Assembly: GCA_951406725.2 (NCBI GenBank)
Contig: OX597815.1
Location: 68,262,001 to 68,326,000 of the forward strand
Direction of reading: 5' to 3'
From: Octopus vulgaris
Taxonomy: Eukaryota
DNA length: 64,000 nt
A model generated the notes under the pieces. That model searched no databases. It was not told the origin of the DNA and saw nothing but the letters and a program-made list of their open reading frames with translations. The position numbers and the translations under genes were made by a program. Below, one piece after another: positions 26,124-38,292 of this stretch (position 1 is its first letter; every line of letters starts with the position of its first letter).

Positions 26124-29100
26124 ATCATCATCATCATCATCGTTTAACGTCCGCTTTCCATGCTAGCATGGGTTGGACGGTTCAACTGGGGTCTGGGAAG
26201 CCCGAAGGCTGCACCAGGCCAGTCAGATCTGGCAGTGTTTCTACAGCTGGATGCCCTTCCAAACGCCAACCACTCCGTGAGTGTAGTGGGTGCCCACGGA
26301 CACAGGTGCCAGACGAGGCTGGCGAACGGCCACGTTTGAATGGTGTTTTTTTTTTTTTTATGTGCCACGGACACAGGTGCCAGACAAGGCTGGCGAACGG
26401 CCATGTTCGAATGGTGTTTTTTTTTTTTTATGTGCCACAGACACAGGTGCCAGACGAGGCTGGCGAACGGCCATGCTCGAATGGTGTTTTTTTTTTTTTA
26501 TGTGCCACGGACACAGGTGCCAGACGAAGCTGGCGAATGGCCACGCTCGGATGGTGTTTTTTTACGTGCCGCCGGCACGGAGGCCAGGCGAGGCTGGCAC
26601 GGCCACGATCGGATGGTGTTTGTTACGTGCCACCAGCACGGAGACCAGTTGATGCGGTACTGGCTACGGTCACATTCGGATGGTTTTCTTATGTGTCACT
26701 GGCACTGGTACCACAAAACTACAAATTCCATTGATGTTCATCGATTTTGATTTGATTTGATTTTCACTTGCCTCAACAGGTCTTCACAAGTAGTTATGTG
26801 TCCCAAGAAGGAAGGTATGCACAGGTGGACTGACTACGTCCCAGGTAGGAGCCATGGGTTATGGCCTCACGTGTCCTGTCGGGTCTTCTCGCGCACAGCA
26901 TACTTCCAAAGGTCTCGGTCTCTGGTCATTTCCTCGGTGAGACCTAAAGAGCGAAGGTCGTTCTTCACCACCTCGTCCCAGGTTTTCCTGGGTCTACCTC
27001 TTCCACAGGTTCCCTCAACCGCTAGGGTGTGGCACTTTTTCACACAACTATCTTCATCAATTCTTACTACGTGTCCATACCAGCGTAGACGCCTCTCTTG
27101 CACACCACATCTGATGCTTCTTAGGTCCAACTTTTCTCTCAAGGCACTTACACTCTGTCGGGTATGAACACTGACATTACACATCCAACGGAGCATACTG
27201 GCTTCATTTCTTGTGAGCTTACGCATATCCTCAGCAGTCACGGCCCATGTTTCACTGCCATGTAGCATGGCTGTTCGCATACATGCTTCATACAGTCTGC
27301 CTTTTACTCTGAGAGAGAGGCCTTTTGTCACCAGCAGAGGTAAGAGCTCTCTGAACTTTGCCCAGGCTATTCTTACTCTAGCAGTTACACTTTCGGCACA
27401 CCCACCCCCGCTGGTAACGGAAACTATCAACTACTTCAAGTTTTTCTCCCTGGAATGTGGCGGAAGATGGTCTCTGCGCATTTTCAGTCTTTATTGAACC
27501 AGAGCATCTGCCACATACAAAAACTATCTTCCTAGTTAGCCTTCCTTTGACATTGCTGCACCTCTTATGTGTCCATAGCTTACACTTGGTGCATCTTATA
27601 GAGTTCCTACCTACGCCTTTTCTACAGATCGAGCAGGGCCATCTACCTGAAGGCGTTTGAGATTTGTCTACCTTCCTACTTATTAGGACTTTGGTTTTAG
27701 CTAGATTGACTCTAAGGCCCTTCGATTCTAATCCTTGGTTCCATGCCTGAAACTTCTCCTCGAGTTCTGATAGTGACTCAGCAATTAGAGCAAGGTCATC
27801 AGCATAGAGGAGCTCCCAGGGGCATCCTGTCTTGAATTCCTCCGTTATTGCCTGGAGGACTATGATAAATAGGAGGGGGCTGAGGACTGAGCCTTAGTGG
27901 ACCCCAACCTCCACCCGGAATTCTTCACTGTACTCATTGCCAACCCTCACCTTACTAACAGCTTCCCTGTACATGGCATGCACAGCTCTCACTAACCATT
28001 CATCTATCCCTAGTTTCCTCATTGACCACCAGATAAGGGATCGGGAGACCCTGTCAAAGGCTTTCTCCAAGTCGACGAAAGCCAGGTACAGAGTTTTATC
28101 TTTGGCTAGGTATTTCTCCTGCAGCTGTCTCACCAGAAATATGGCATCAGTAGTGCTTTTCCCTGGCACAAAACCAAACTGCATCTCGTCTAGGTTGACT
28201 CTCTCTCTCTAATCAGTTGGGCTCTGATCCAACAGCTTAATACCTCTGTAATTGTATCTAGGCCTTAACTTTTACCTTTGTAGCAGTTGACTATTGTGCT
28301 ACTACACCAGTCATTGGGTATGACTCCTTTGTGTATCACTATACGGGTGACTAGGCTATAGCCGACACTGCCAGATATTTTGAGCATCTCAGCAGTAATT
28401 CCTGATGGGCCTGGGGCTTTCCCTGTCTTCATGCTTCCAATTGCCTTAACTACCATGGAACTGTCAACTTGGATAGCTGGTCCCTCTATTGGGTCGACAT
28501 TCGGCAGACTCTCTTTATCCCATTCATTCTCTTTGCTGAGCAATTTTCATAGTGGCATCTCCAAACCTCTCTCTTTGCATCCTCGTTTAGCGCAAGTGAA
28601 CCATCATCCATGCGAACACATTTCTTTCCTACTACATCATGATTCTCTCTCACACACTGTCTTGCAACACGAAACACCTAAGTCTTTGGTCCTCACGGCA
28701 CAGAACATTAGCAAATTTTTTCTTATCTGCTTCCCCTCTAGCTAAATATACCTGTCTCCTAGCTTCTCTTTTTGCAGTCTGATACAATTCCCTACTACCA
28801 CCTTTCCTCCAGTCCTTCCAAGCCTGTCTCTTGTCTCTAATAGCCCTGTCTACAACATTGTTCCACCACCACGTTACCCTGGGACGAGATTGGACTTTGC
28901 TCCATCCACAAATCTGGTCAGTGGCTCTCAGCAGATTGTCCCGTAGAAACCTCCAGTTGGCTTCCACATTATGTGATGCTATATCCCCTTCTATTTCGTC
29001 GAAAGCTTCAAGTAGAACTTCTCTAAATCTCCGTCCATTTACACGATCTTTAAGTTTCCAGACTCTTCTCCTCTGAGCTGGTCTTCTTCTGGGCAGCCAT

Positions 29101-29192
29101 TTGGCCCTGATCCTGAAGTCACTAACTACTAATCTATGTTGAGGAGTACATTCCTCGCCTGGGAAGGTTTTGGCATTTCTAAGTAGCCCTCG
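26124..29192 (-). mobile_element. RTE-clade LINE, 5'-truncated (end of APE, RT, C-terminus, repeat-rich 3' UTR, (GAT)n tail)
   Basis: TFPGEECTPQHRLV, TWWWN, KAPGPSGI, QFGFVPGKSTTDAIF, FVDLEKAFDRV, LLYADDL, RRLRWYGHV, GRGRPRKTW. Small deletions and stops; ends in (cat)n on +. Confidence 0.95.
26295..26700 (-). repeat. Tandem repeats in RTE 3' UTR (four ~70-bp units plus ~58-bp units)
   Basis: cac(g/a)gacacaggtgccagac recurs at 26295, 26366, 26436 and 26506; each unit contains a poly-T run. Confidence 0.9.
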
Positions 29193-29546
29193 TATAAGTT
29201 GTGGCATCCGGTGCCGGCGACCAAGTATCGATCTATTTTATTGCATTTCAATCTGTTTCTTAAACGAATATATAATATGTAATGTGAGTATCTGTGCAAC
29301 AGAGAGGGAAATTAAAACTGCATATGTTGTGAACTTAGAATATGTGTTTATTAATAAAAGTTTAATAACGATAATCTTTTATTCATACGGACGTGACTGA
29401 TATGAAATTTGTCATAAATAACAGTGATAAACTAAATAGACACCACAGGAAGTTGTTGTTGACTAACAACAGCAGTAATTGTATTCACCTCAATAGACGT
29501 CATTGATTGGTTGAAATTGCCGAAATGCAAGAAATTTAGCAACAAA

Positions 29547-29947
29547 TCTTTATATATAAAAGAGAGGTTGTGTGCTGTCCATCTCCTATGATTTAGATTT
29601 CTAACTACTCCCACATTTTGCGGTGCAGTTTAACCAAAACTGGGTATCTTATAGTCGTGATTCATATCGAGCCCTTCTGGGTATTAGCGTGTGTCTACGT
29701 TGAGTCTACGATTTAAAAAAAAAATTACCATCAATTTTCCCCATTTTTTAATGCATTTTTGGCATATAAAAGGGAAGTAACTCTCTAAAAATTTATTATT
29801 AAATCTCAGAACATAAAAAGCTACAGTAACCCCCTCCCCCCCCTTGTGGTTAGCCATATTGAGATGGCTATTATACTTTACATCTCTAAAAATGCTTATA
29901 CAGTTATTTCCCTTACAAACCCGAGCAACGCCGGGCGATACTGCTAG
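29547..29947 (+). mobile_element. Non-autonomous Helitron (401 bp)
   Basis: A|TCTTTATATATAAAAG 5' end, CCCGAGCAACGCCGGG hairpin at 29920-29935, CTAG|T 3' end. Inserted between A and T with no TSD, interrupting the right TIR of the host element. Confidence 0.88.
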
Positions 29948-32109
29948 TAGCTTATAAACTACAGAATTTTCTCAAGAAAGCCAAGAGAAAAAGATGTTTT
30001 ATGTAACACATTCTACCAGTATACAAAGAAATTATTTTTTAAATCTGCCGGGCAAAGTAAAAAGATCCATTCATCATGATGAAATACATCAACTATATAT
30101 AAATGTCAATGCCACAAAACTCACTAACTGCAAAATATAAAAAAGATCTAAATATCAAAAATAGAATATTTAATATTCTGAAGATAGATTAATAATGAAC
30201 TAGATAAAGAGAGGCCATCTTCACAACATATCTTAGTTTCTGTATTGGACTGATATTAGACAGATTTTATGATGAGTAAAAATTTTTTAAATGTGATATA
30301 TCACAAAAGACCTTGTCTCTTCCTCCCCCTCCTTTGCTTCATTATTTTAATGTCTGTTTGGTGTTTATGTTAATGTCCATTTTTCCTTGCTTATAACATA
30401 ATTTGTTGAGGCAAGTTTTCTACAGCCAGATGCCCTTCCTGTCACTAACCCTCAATCATTTCCCATACAAGGTACATTGCCCCATGACCAGACATATTTT
30501 CACAAGATTAGAAAGAGATTCCACTTGTATTACAGCGATGCATGTTTAAAAGTATCTCATCAAGATAAGGAGACACATGCACACAACAGGTTTCTTTCAT
30601 ACTGGGTTGACCTGGATGTATAGTAGAAGCCATTCCAGATGTTATGCATTGGAACTGACTTCAACTACATGATTGGAAAGCAAACTTCTTACAATTATTG
30701 AAACTATCACCTTGGAGGGTTTACCCAAACAAATTACTTCCAGTGCTAATTTTTCTAAGTCTACTGCTTATTATATTGGTTTCTTTCTGCCAAAATATTA
30801 ATTTATTGTGAAATAAACAAACCAACACTGGTTTTCAAGTGGTGGTGGTAACAGAGCTCCTACCCATCTCTCTTCCAAACAGTTTCTGTCTACCAAATTT
30901 AATCACAAGGCTTTGTCCCAAATTGTTTCACAGTGTAATTGGACCCAAAACTTATTCCCTGTATTGTTTTAATTTATTGTAGGCACAGTGTGTGTCTAAG
31001 TAGTTAAGAAACTTGTTTTCCCACTGTATAACACATTGGGCAAATGTCTTTTTTCTGTAACCTTAGGCCAACCAAAACCTTGCAAGTGGATTTGGTAGAC
31101 GGAAACTGAAAGAAGCTCATCATGTGTATCTGCGAACTCGTGTGTGTGTGTGAATTGGTATCTCTTTCTCTTGATACCACATGATGGTTGTGAACAAAAG
31201 TCACTGCCATACATCAGTGTTTTTCATTTCCAGTCTTCTGTGACATGTTTGGTCATGGGAAAATATCACTTTACATGGAAACAAGGGAAGGTTGGCAATA
31301 GGAATGGCTGTAGAAATTCTACCTCAGCAAATTTTGCCCTAGCCATGCAAGCATGGAAAAATGGATGTTAAAATGATGACGATGATGTACATGAAGCAAA
31401 TAAGATGTTACTTGTATTCAAACTATGATTCTCCATGGTTGTGAAATGTGGGCTTTCAATGCAAAAGACTGCAAGGGCAAGAAATTAAGTCAGCAGCCTC
31501 CAATGGATTTATGATGTCAATATGCATAAATGCCAGAGTTGAAATGAGTTGAGAGAAAAACTGGGGATAAGAAGAATCAAAGGCTTGCAGCAGATCTGAA
31601 CAAACTACCACCCCTCTCTCCTTCATGTTGGGCATCAGCTCCTAAGGTACCTACTTTGCACAGTCTTCTGCCATCTATTATAATGCATTGTGATCACAGT
31701 CTAGTTGCACAGCAAGCTCAAGGTTTGTATCTTGTCTGTCTGCTCAAACCAGTTTGTCCACTCTCTGGTGCTTCATGTCAGTGGTCATAGTTCTTGCCTC
31801 CACTACATGTTTATCTTCAGTGCTGGTTTCTCCATCTTTCAGCTTCTTTGTCCAACTGTGCACACTAATCTTGTCAGTGGTGTCATCTCTATAAACAACC
31901 AATCATTCAGTAGATGATGGCACTTTGCTTCTACTTGAAACTTAGTTATCAGCAATGAAGAAAAGGAAGAAGAGATACTAAAGTGAAAGAGTTCCTCTAC
32001 CAACATAATGAATTTGGATAAGCAGTGTTAATAAAAAAAGTTATGTCTACTTAACATTGCTTTCAGTAGAACCCGTTTGTGTGTGTGTGTGTTTTGTATA
32101 TAATAATAA

Positions 32110-32370
32110 CATCGATCATTAATTGATTTTTACAATTCTGTAAATAATAATATTTTATAAGCTTAAAGCTAATAAGCAATCACTGTGCAATGACTAAAGA
32201 AAATAGTCTAGTATAAGCCTTTGATGGAAAAAAAATAGGGTTCTCTATTTTTTTCCATCAAGGGCTTATATGCCTCAGTATTAAACTATTTTCTTTAGTC
32301 ATTGCACAATGATCGTGATCACTTTTAAGCTTATAAAATATTATTATTTACAGATTCATAAAAATCGATG
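32110..32370. repeat. Foldback/palindromic MITE-like element (~120-bp arms, almost no spacer)
   Basis: ctgtaaataataatattttataagcttaaa / tttaagcttataaaatattattatttacag is exact over 30 bp. Two further near-perfect blocks lead to an apex at ~32241. Confidence 0.85.
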
Positions 32371-35058
32371 CTGCCTACCAAAAATTATTTATTTATATAT
32401 TTGTATTTGGGTATACTCGTGTATGTATGTGTGTGAGTGTGTATAATATGGATATATCTATATTTTGCCAATTTATATTTACTGCCACTGTTTGCACCCT
32501 TCACTCCCCCTCTTATCTACCTGTTGCTCACTTTCTCTCTTTCTCTCATCTTCCCATTTGCTTTTAACATCTCATCTCTCTGTCAATCATACCACTCCAT
32601 TTCTTATCACTGCCATCACTCTGCCTTCCCCCTCCTTTATTAGGTTTATGTATAAAAGAATATTGATCTATCCTCATCACTCTACTTGTGCCATTTCCTC
32701 TTCCGCCATCCATCTTCCCACTCACTTCAATCATCACTATCAGCCAAGCAATTTCACTTGCTTGATCACTGCCATCTACCATTTCTTCTCTGTTTCTTTT
32801 TTTTCTTACTGTCCTCCCCCCACAGCTTCTCTGCCACATCAGTGCTCTTTCATCTCTGGCCAATCCTCATGGCTCTCACACATCTCTTTCAATAACTCTC
32901 TGGACCCCCCTATTCAGTACAACCTACCTTGTCACCCTTGTCACTCTATCCCTATCTTTCTCACTAACCATTTACCCTGATCCTATCCTTATCCCATTTT
33001 CCTTCAGCAGTGCCCTCCCCAATAGTGACCAATCTGTTACCCTCTCTTCTACTACCCTCTCACAACTATGAACCTGTTCCTCTCATCATATTGTATTCTC
33101 TTCTATCACCTTGTCTATAATCATATCTCTCTCACCTTTAGTTAGAGACCTTTTTAGGCCCTTCAGTCTTACAAGTTTTCAAGTGACCTCACTAGTATTA
33201 GTGTCAAAAAAAAAAAAAAAAAAAAAGCATCCAGTACATTCTGGAAAGTGGTTGGCATTAAGAAAGTATCCAACTGTAGAAGCCATGCCAAGCAGACATG
33301 GGTGAAGCATAGCACAGTCTTCCAACTCATCAGATCCTTTCAAGCCATCCAACTCATGCTGGCATAGAGAGTAGATGTTTGATGATGATGATGATCACAG
33401 TGACAATGAAAATACTACTTCTGCTTTATTTTCCATTAGCTACTGTAACGAATGCTTGTGAAATACAAAATAAATTTGATGTTTAAAAAAGAAAAGAAAG
33501 GCATGCAAGAAACATTCTATAATCTTAGAAATTACAATTTGGTTTAATTTTTATTTATTTATTTTTTGGAAATGTTGGTATAATTGAGGAATCTATAAAT
33601 AGCTTAACCCATTCACTGATGATGGTATGTTTTTATCATATTTACTGTTCACATTAATTCCTAAATCTAAATTGTTGTTCACATCAGTTCCATGATCATC
33701 TTTATATTTCTACTCCCTACCTCGTTCTTTCGAAATATTGTTTAATTTTTTTCTTATAGAAATTGTATAAATCTGATTCTTTAGATGTTGCTTCAGATGT
33801 AAAAATGATTTCCATGTTACAGAACTTTCTGAGTTGTGCAATGAAAACACACACACACAAAGAGCCTCAAACAAAGAACATTAGTTTATAGATTTTTAAA
33901 GAGGAATGTGTAACAACATGAAATTAATTTTGAGCTTTCAAAATGGTGATAAAATTTGCATGCGTAGGAAACTGGCTGTTAACACATGTGGATGTGTGTC
34001 GTTAATGTGTGTTTGTTCTCTTGTGTGTGGATCCACATGTGATTGGCTAAATAAATGCATAGAAATTCTAGTAACTGGTTTGATGTTGAGTTAGTTTCAT
34101 TAGTTCTAATGGGTTAGGATTTTGGAAGCTAAGTGTTGAAGAGAGGATTGTTTGAGTGTCACTTGTGTCTTCAGTAATCATCATCAGGTTGAGAGGAGGA
34201 TTTTTTTAATACCTAAAACTTGCTAATAAATTCACTGATATATATAAAAGTATTTGTGGGTGGCTGTTTGTGTGTATGGATGAATACATGTATGTGTGTA
34301 TCATTATCATGGTCTTAATGTTCACCTTCCCATGCTGCATGAACTGGGTGGCATTTGTTGAAGCAGATTTTCTAGTTGGATGCCCTTCTTGTTGTCAACC
34401 TTCACCTGTTTCCCAGTAAGGTAATATTTCCCCATGACCGGACAAAGAGACACAAAAATACACATGTCCATCTTCACACTAGCACATGTGTGCATGCACA
34501 CACAAAGGTTTCTTTCAGTTTGCATGTACCAAATCCACTCACAAGGCTTTGGTTGGTCCAGAGTTATTATAGACAAGACTTGCCCAAGGTACTATGTAGT
34601 GAGACTGAACCTAAAACACCTGTGTGTGTTTAATATATTTGTGTGTATGTGTGTGATTGTTTTGGTTTGTTTCATATGTTTTTCAAGCTAGCATAGCTAA
34701 GAAGTATATTTTGAAGCAGAATTTGCAGTCAAATTATGTTTCTGTTGCTATACCAGTTTTTCAAGTAAGGAATTTTTATTCTGGTGTAATTAAAGAGTGA
34801 GAGGGAGGAAGCAGACGATTTTGTTAAGAAATGCCAACAAACTTCTTCCATCAAAGCTTACCACAAATGATGACAGCCATTTGTAGGTGAGCTGCAGACA
34901 GTGACATCAATGCATAGTCCCATAGTTCAGTATAGTTCTGTAAACATTCACACATATGCATACATTTGTCTTTCCCTCTTTCTGTCTTGTGTGTGTATGT
35001 GTGCTTATATAAATATGTGTGTCTATGTATGTGTGAGATATATATATATATATATATC

Positions 35059-35272
35059 ACATTTTGATAATTTCCACAACGATCAAAATAAGGCATGCCA
35101 GGAAACCCAGTTACCCTTTTAGGAAATATGACCTTGCTTGGAAGATTGGAAACGAACAGTGTTACTTGTATGACAGTGATGCTCATTTGCAATGGCTTGC
35201 AGTCCACTATAAAAGGGTATCTGGGTTTCCTGACATGTTTTATTTTGATCTTTGTGAAAATGACCAAAATGT
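35059..35272. repeat. MITE-like inverted repeat (63-bp arms) enclosing SINE fragments
   Basis: 35059-35121 vs 35210-35272 are reverse complements with about 8 mismatches. The 88-nt spacer resembles pieces of the local SINE. Confidence 0.8.
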
Positions 35273-35734
35273 TATCTTTGTAAAAATGAAAGGTCCCTTA
35301 AATGGTATTTGTTTCCCTACATAAAATATATCTGGGCTGTTAGCTGTTCATTAGACTGGGAGATTATTTCCTCACTTGGAAACAGGTAGGTGTTGGCAAC
35401 TGGAAAGGTATCTAGCCATAGAAAAACTCTGTCTCATTGTACTCTTATCTGACCCATGCAAGCATGAAAAATTCATTTAAAATATTTTGGTGACAGTGAT
35501 GATGATCCTTTTGCTTTCATAGCTGTGAGCACAAGTCAGTGAATTGGTGTTTAATATTTGCTTAGATTTTTGTCTTTACATAGTTTCCCAATATTCTATT
35601 TTCTTTATTTTCATTCAAAGCTCAAACGATTTGTCAAGTTTTGAGCTTTGAATAAAATTTGATTTATGGGATGAAGTTGACCACTTCTTTATCACATACT
35701 CTAGTCTGTGTATGTGTGTGTATGAATTCACACA

Positions 35735-37600
35735 GTAATGCTTCACTTAACAATGTTCTACCTTAATGATTTTAATTTTTAACTCTAAAAATCTTATTAC
35801 ACAAAATAAAATCACAACCTGCATGGTGGTGTTGGGCATGCATGATGTATTCACATTCTCTCCACTAGTCTTTCTTTTATTGTACAAACTTTTGAGTTAG
35901 TTCACTCTTTAATATACCCAAACAAAAATATACCGTGAATATTACTGATAATACTAAGAAACTGTGCAATGTCTTGAGAAAGAAAATACAAGTTCATAAG
36001 TGAACACTGGAAAAATCATTCAAGATTTAGCTTCAAAATTTTGTTTGCTTTCATCAACTGAATCTGTGCTTTTCAACTGATAAAGAAAAGATATCTCAAT
36101 GCAGTTAGAAGTATACATTCTTTGCACTTGGATATATCTGCATCAGTTTTGACGTTGAGCATTCAGTTGTTCTAATAACTGAATTACCTGCTTCTGAATT
36201 AAGTTGTAAGTGGTATTCCACTGATAAATATACCCTTAAAGGAATATTGTAGCAGAATCAGTGTGACAGACTATATGAAAAAATGTATCTTTGAATTGCA
36301 ACAGCAATCCATCCAAAGGACTTTTACACAGTTTGTCTACTCATAAACTATGGGTTGATCTGAGGCTATAGAAAATGACACTTCTTTAGGATGCCATGTA
36401 ATGGGTCCAAACCCAGGATTCCATGATTGCAATGCAAGCTTTTTAACCATTTGGCATGCGGCAGTGTGTGCATGCATGTACTCATTGCAATTAACTAGGG
36501 TACATAATAAAAAGGTGGCCAGCTTGGAAAATAATCTCTTATCAGCAGGGATAACTCAGCAAATGAAAGATTAAATGTGCATTTAGAAACTAGAAAGAAG
36601 GATACTGAGAAAGTGGTTTGGCTTAATGTAAATGTGTCAGGAAGAATTACAAGTGTTAATATTGAAATTTTATTTTCCCTCCTCAAAATTAGAATAAAAG
36701 AATATGGTTACACACCCTCACAAATTCCATGTAGATAGAACAAGCCTATTATAGAAGTACATGCCAGCAAGAAGCTCCATTACAAAAGAAGAATTGTTAG
36801 TGCCAGGTTTCAAAGTAGCTGGAGATCAGTTAACATTATTGTTTTGAGGTAATACAGCTAGAGCTAAGTTAAGACCCCTGTGTTGAAAATACAAGGACAG
36901 TTAAAGGCCTCATAAAATGTAGACTTCCAGTCATGGAATGCAAATAAAAAGTTTAGGTTACTGCTTCACTGTTTTAAGATTGGTTTACAGATCACTTTGT
37001 ACTTGAAGTAAAAGTTATTTGGAAGACTCCATTTCATGTGCTACTGATCATAAAGCACCTTCTCATCCATAATTTCGACATCAAATACATCATTTTTGTA
37101 ACCAATGGATCAAGACATTAGTGCCACATTTTAAATTGTATTATCTTTGGCACACATTTGATCAGTTAATAAATGCTATTGATAATGAAGGGAGCTCAGC
37201 ACTTAAAGGATTTTTGGTAATCATTCAATGTTTTTGGTGCAGTGAAAATCAAAGAGAACCTGGAGCAAAGTTACAGATGGGAAAAATATCAGTCATCAAG
37301 AACAAACTCTGCCCTTAATTTATTGATGATTTTTAAAGGATTTGAAGAACAAGTTGAGATTATTTGAAATGAAACAAGCAATCATTATTATTGCTAATCA
37401 ATTGCACCTTGATGTTTCTTCATATGACATATATTGATCTTTCATTTCCACATGTAGGAGCGGCAAATGAGGATCTCATTGAAATAAATGGAAGATTATT
37501 TAGAAGAAGCTGAACAAAATCTAACAGTGGAAACTCTTGTATATTCTTTAACCTTTCAAGGGCTCAGTGAACCTGTTAACTTTTCACAAAAGGTTTAATT
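35735..37600 (+). mobile_element. pogo/Tigger-like DNA transposon relic (interrupted)
   Basis: PGFKVAGDQLTLLF*GNTA at 36803-36859 and *PMDQDISATF at ~37098, typical of TIGD1-like DDE_1 transposases. Possible cagtaatgcttcacttaac end at ~35733. Confidence 0.6.
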
Positions 37601-38292
37601 TAAAAAACAACAGATTTTGTAGCACCCCTATTCCCTGATTCAAATTTCAAATTAACTAAGAAAGTTGCTGCAGGCCTAAATATATCTTGCATTTACTAAT
37701 ATGAAATTTATAAAGAAAGGAAAAGAAGGTTATGGAAGCAAGGAATTCTTGACACATCATTATTTAATGTCCTCTGCTAGCATGTGTTGGAAGGTTTGAC
37801 AGGATCTGGTGAGCCACAGGGCTGCACCAATATGCAATGTTGTTTTAGCATGGTTTTTACAGTTGGATGCTCTTCCTAGCACCAAACACTTTACTGTTTG
37901 TACTGGGTGCTTTTTTTTTTTTTCATGTCACCAGCACTAGTGAGGTTGCCAAGTAACTCGCAAAACTGAAAAAGCACAGGGAAAGGATAGAAAGATTAAA
38001 AAAAAAAAAAAATGAACATGTGGATAGAATATTTGTGAGGAGGGAGCTGGCTTTATGCTAGATGTTGAAAGGCTAAAGTATGATAGAGGGACAAGTATGG
38101 GTGTCTTGCAAAAGAGGAGATACATTTCTAAAAAAGAGTTGTGGGGGATACTCCTATTTCAAGTGAACCAATATGAGTAGTAAAACCATATCAAATGATG
38201 AAACGGAAACAAGCAGCAGTCATGTGGTGAATGAATGAGTGGTGGTGAGGATGGATTGTGTATATATATATATATATATAGATATATATATA

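Larger units (their letters stand above)
25069..30068. mobile_element. Non-autonomous long-TIR DNA transposon (Merlin/MULE-like termini) hosting nested insertions
   Basis: ggatcttttcactttgaccagtagattttaaaaataatttctttgta... matches the reverse complement of ...tacaaagaaattattttttaaatctgccgggcaaagtaaaaagatcc. Inverted similarity extends ~300 bp (25069-25364 vs 29225-29275, 29434-29546, 29948-30068). Flanks attcatct / attcatca. Confidence 0.8.

Noticed and set aside
26117-26750. Long overlapping + strand ORFs (205, 136, 120 aa) and repeat array resembling a CRISPR
   Set aside because: Products of GC-rich tandem repeats in the antisense of an RTE 3' UTR. Units are contiguous with no unique spacers, and the context is eukaryotic.
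32437-32980. Hydrophobic/His-Pro-rich ORFs (also 220-402, 21077-21406)
   Set aside because: They arise from pyrimidine-rich low-complexity repeat bodies lacking stops; no protein motifs.
34790-34832. ...EEADDFVKK resembling the FVxK end of the expected upstream CIT exon
   Set aside because: In-frame TAA just upstream, no acceptor, and no GT donor after it.
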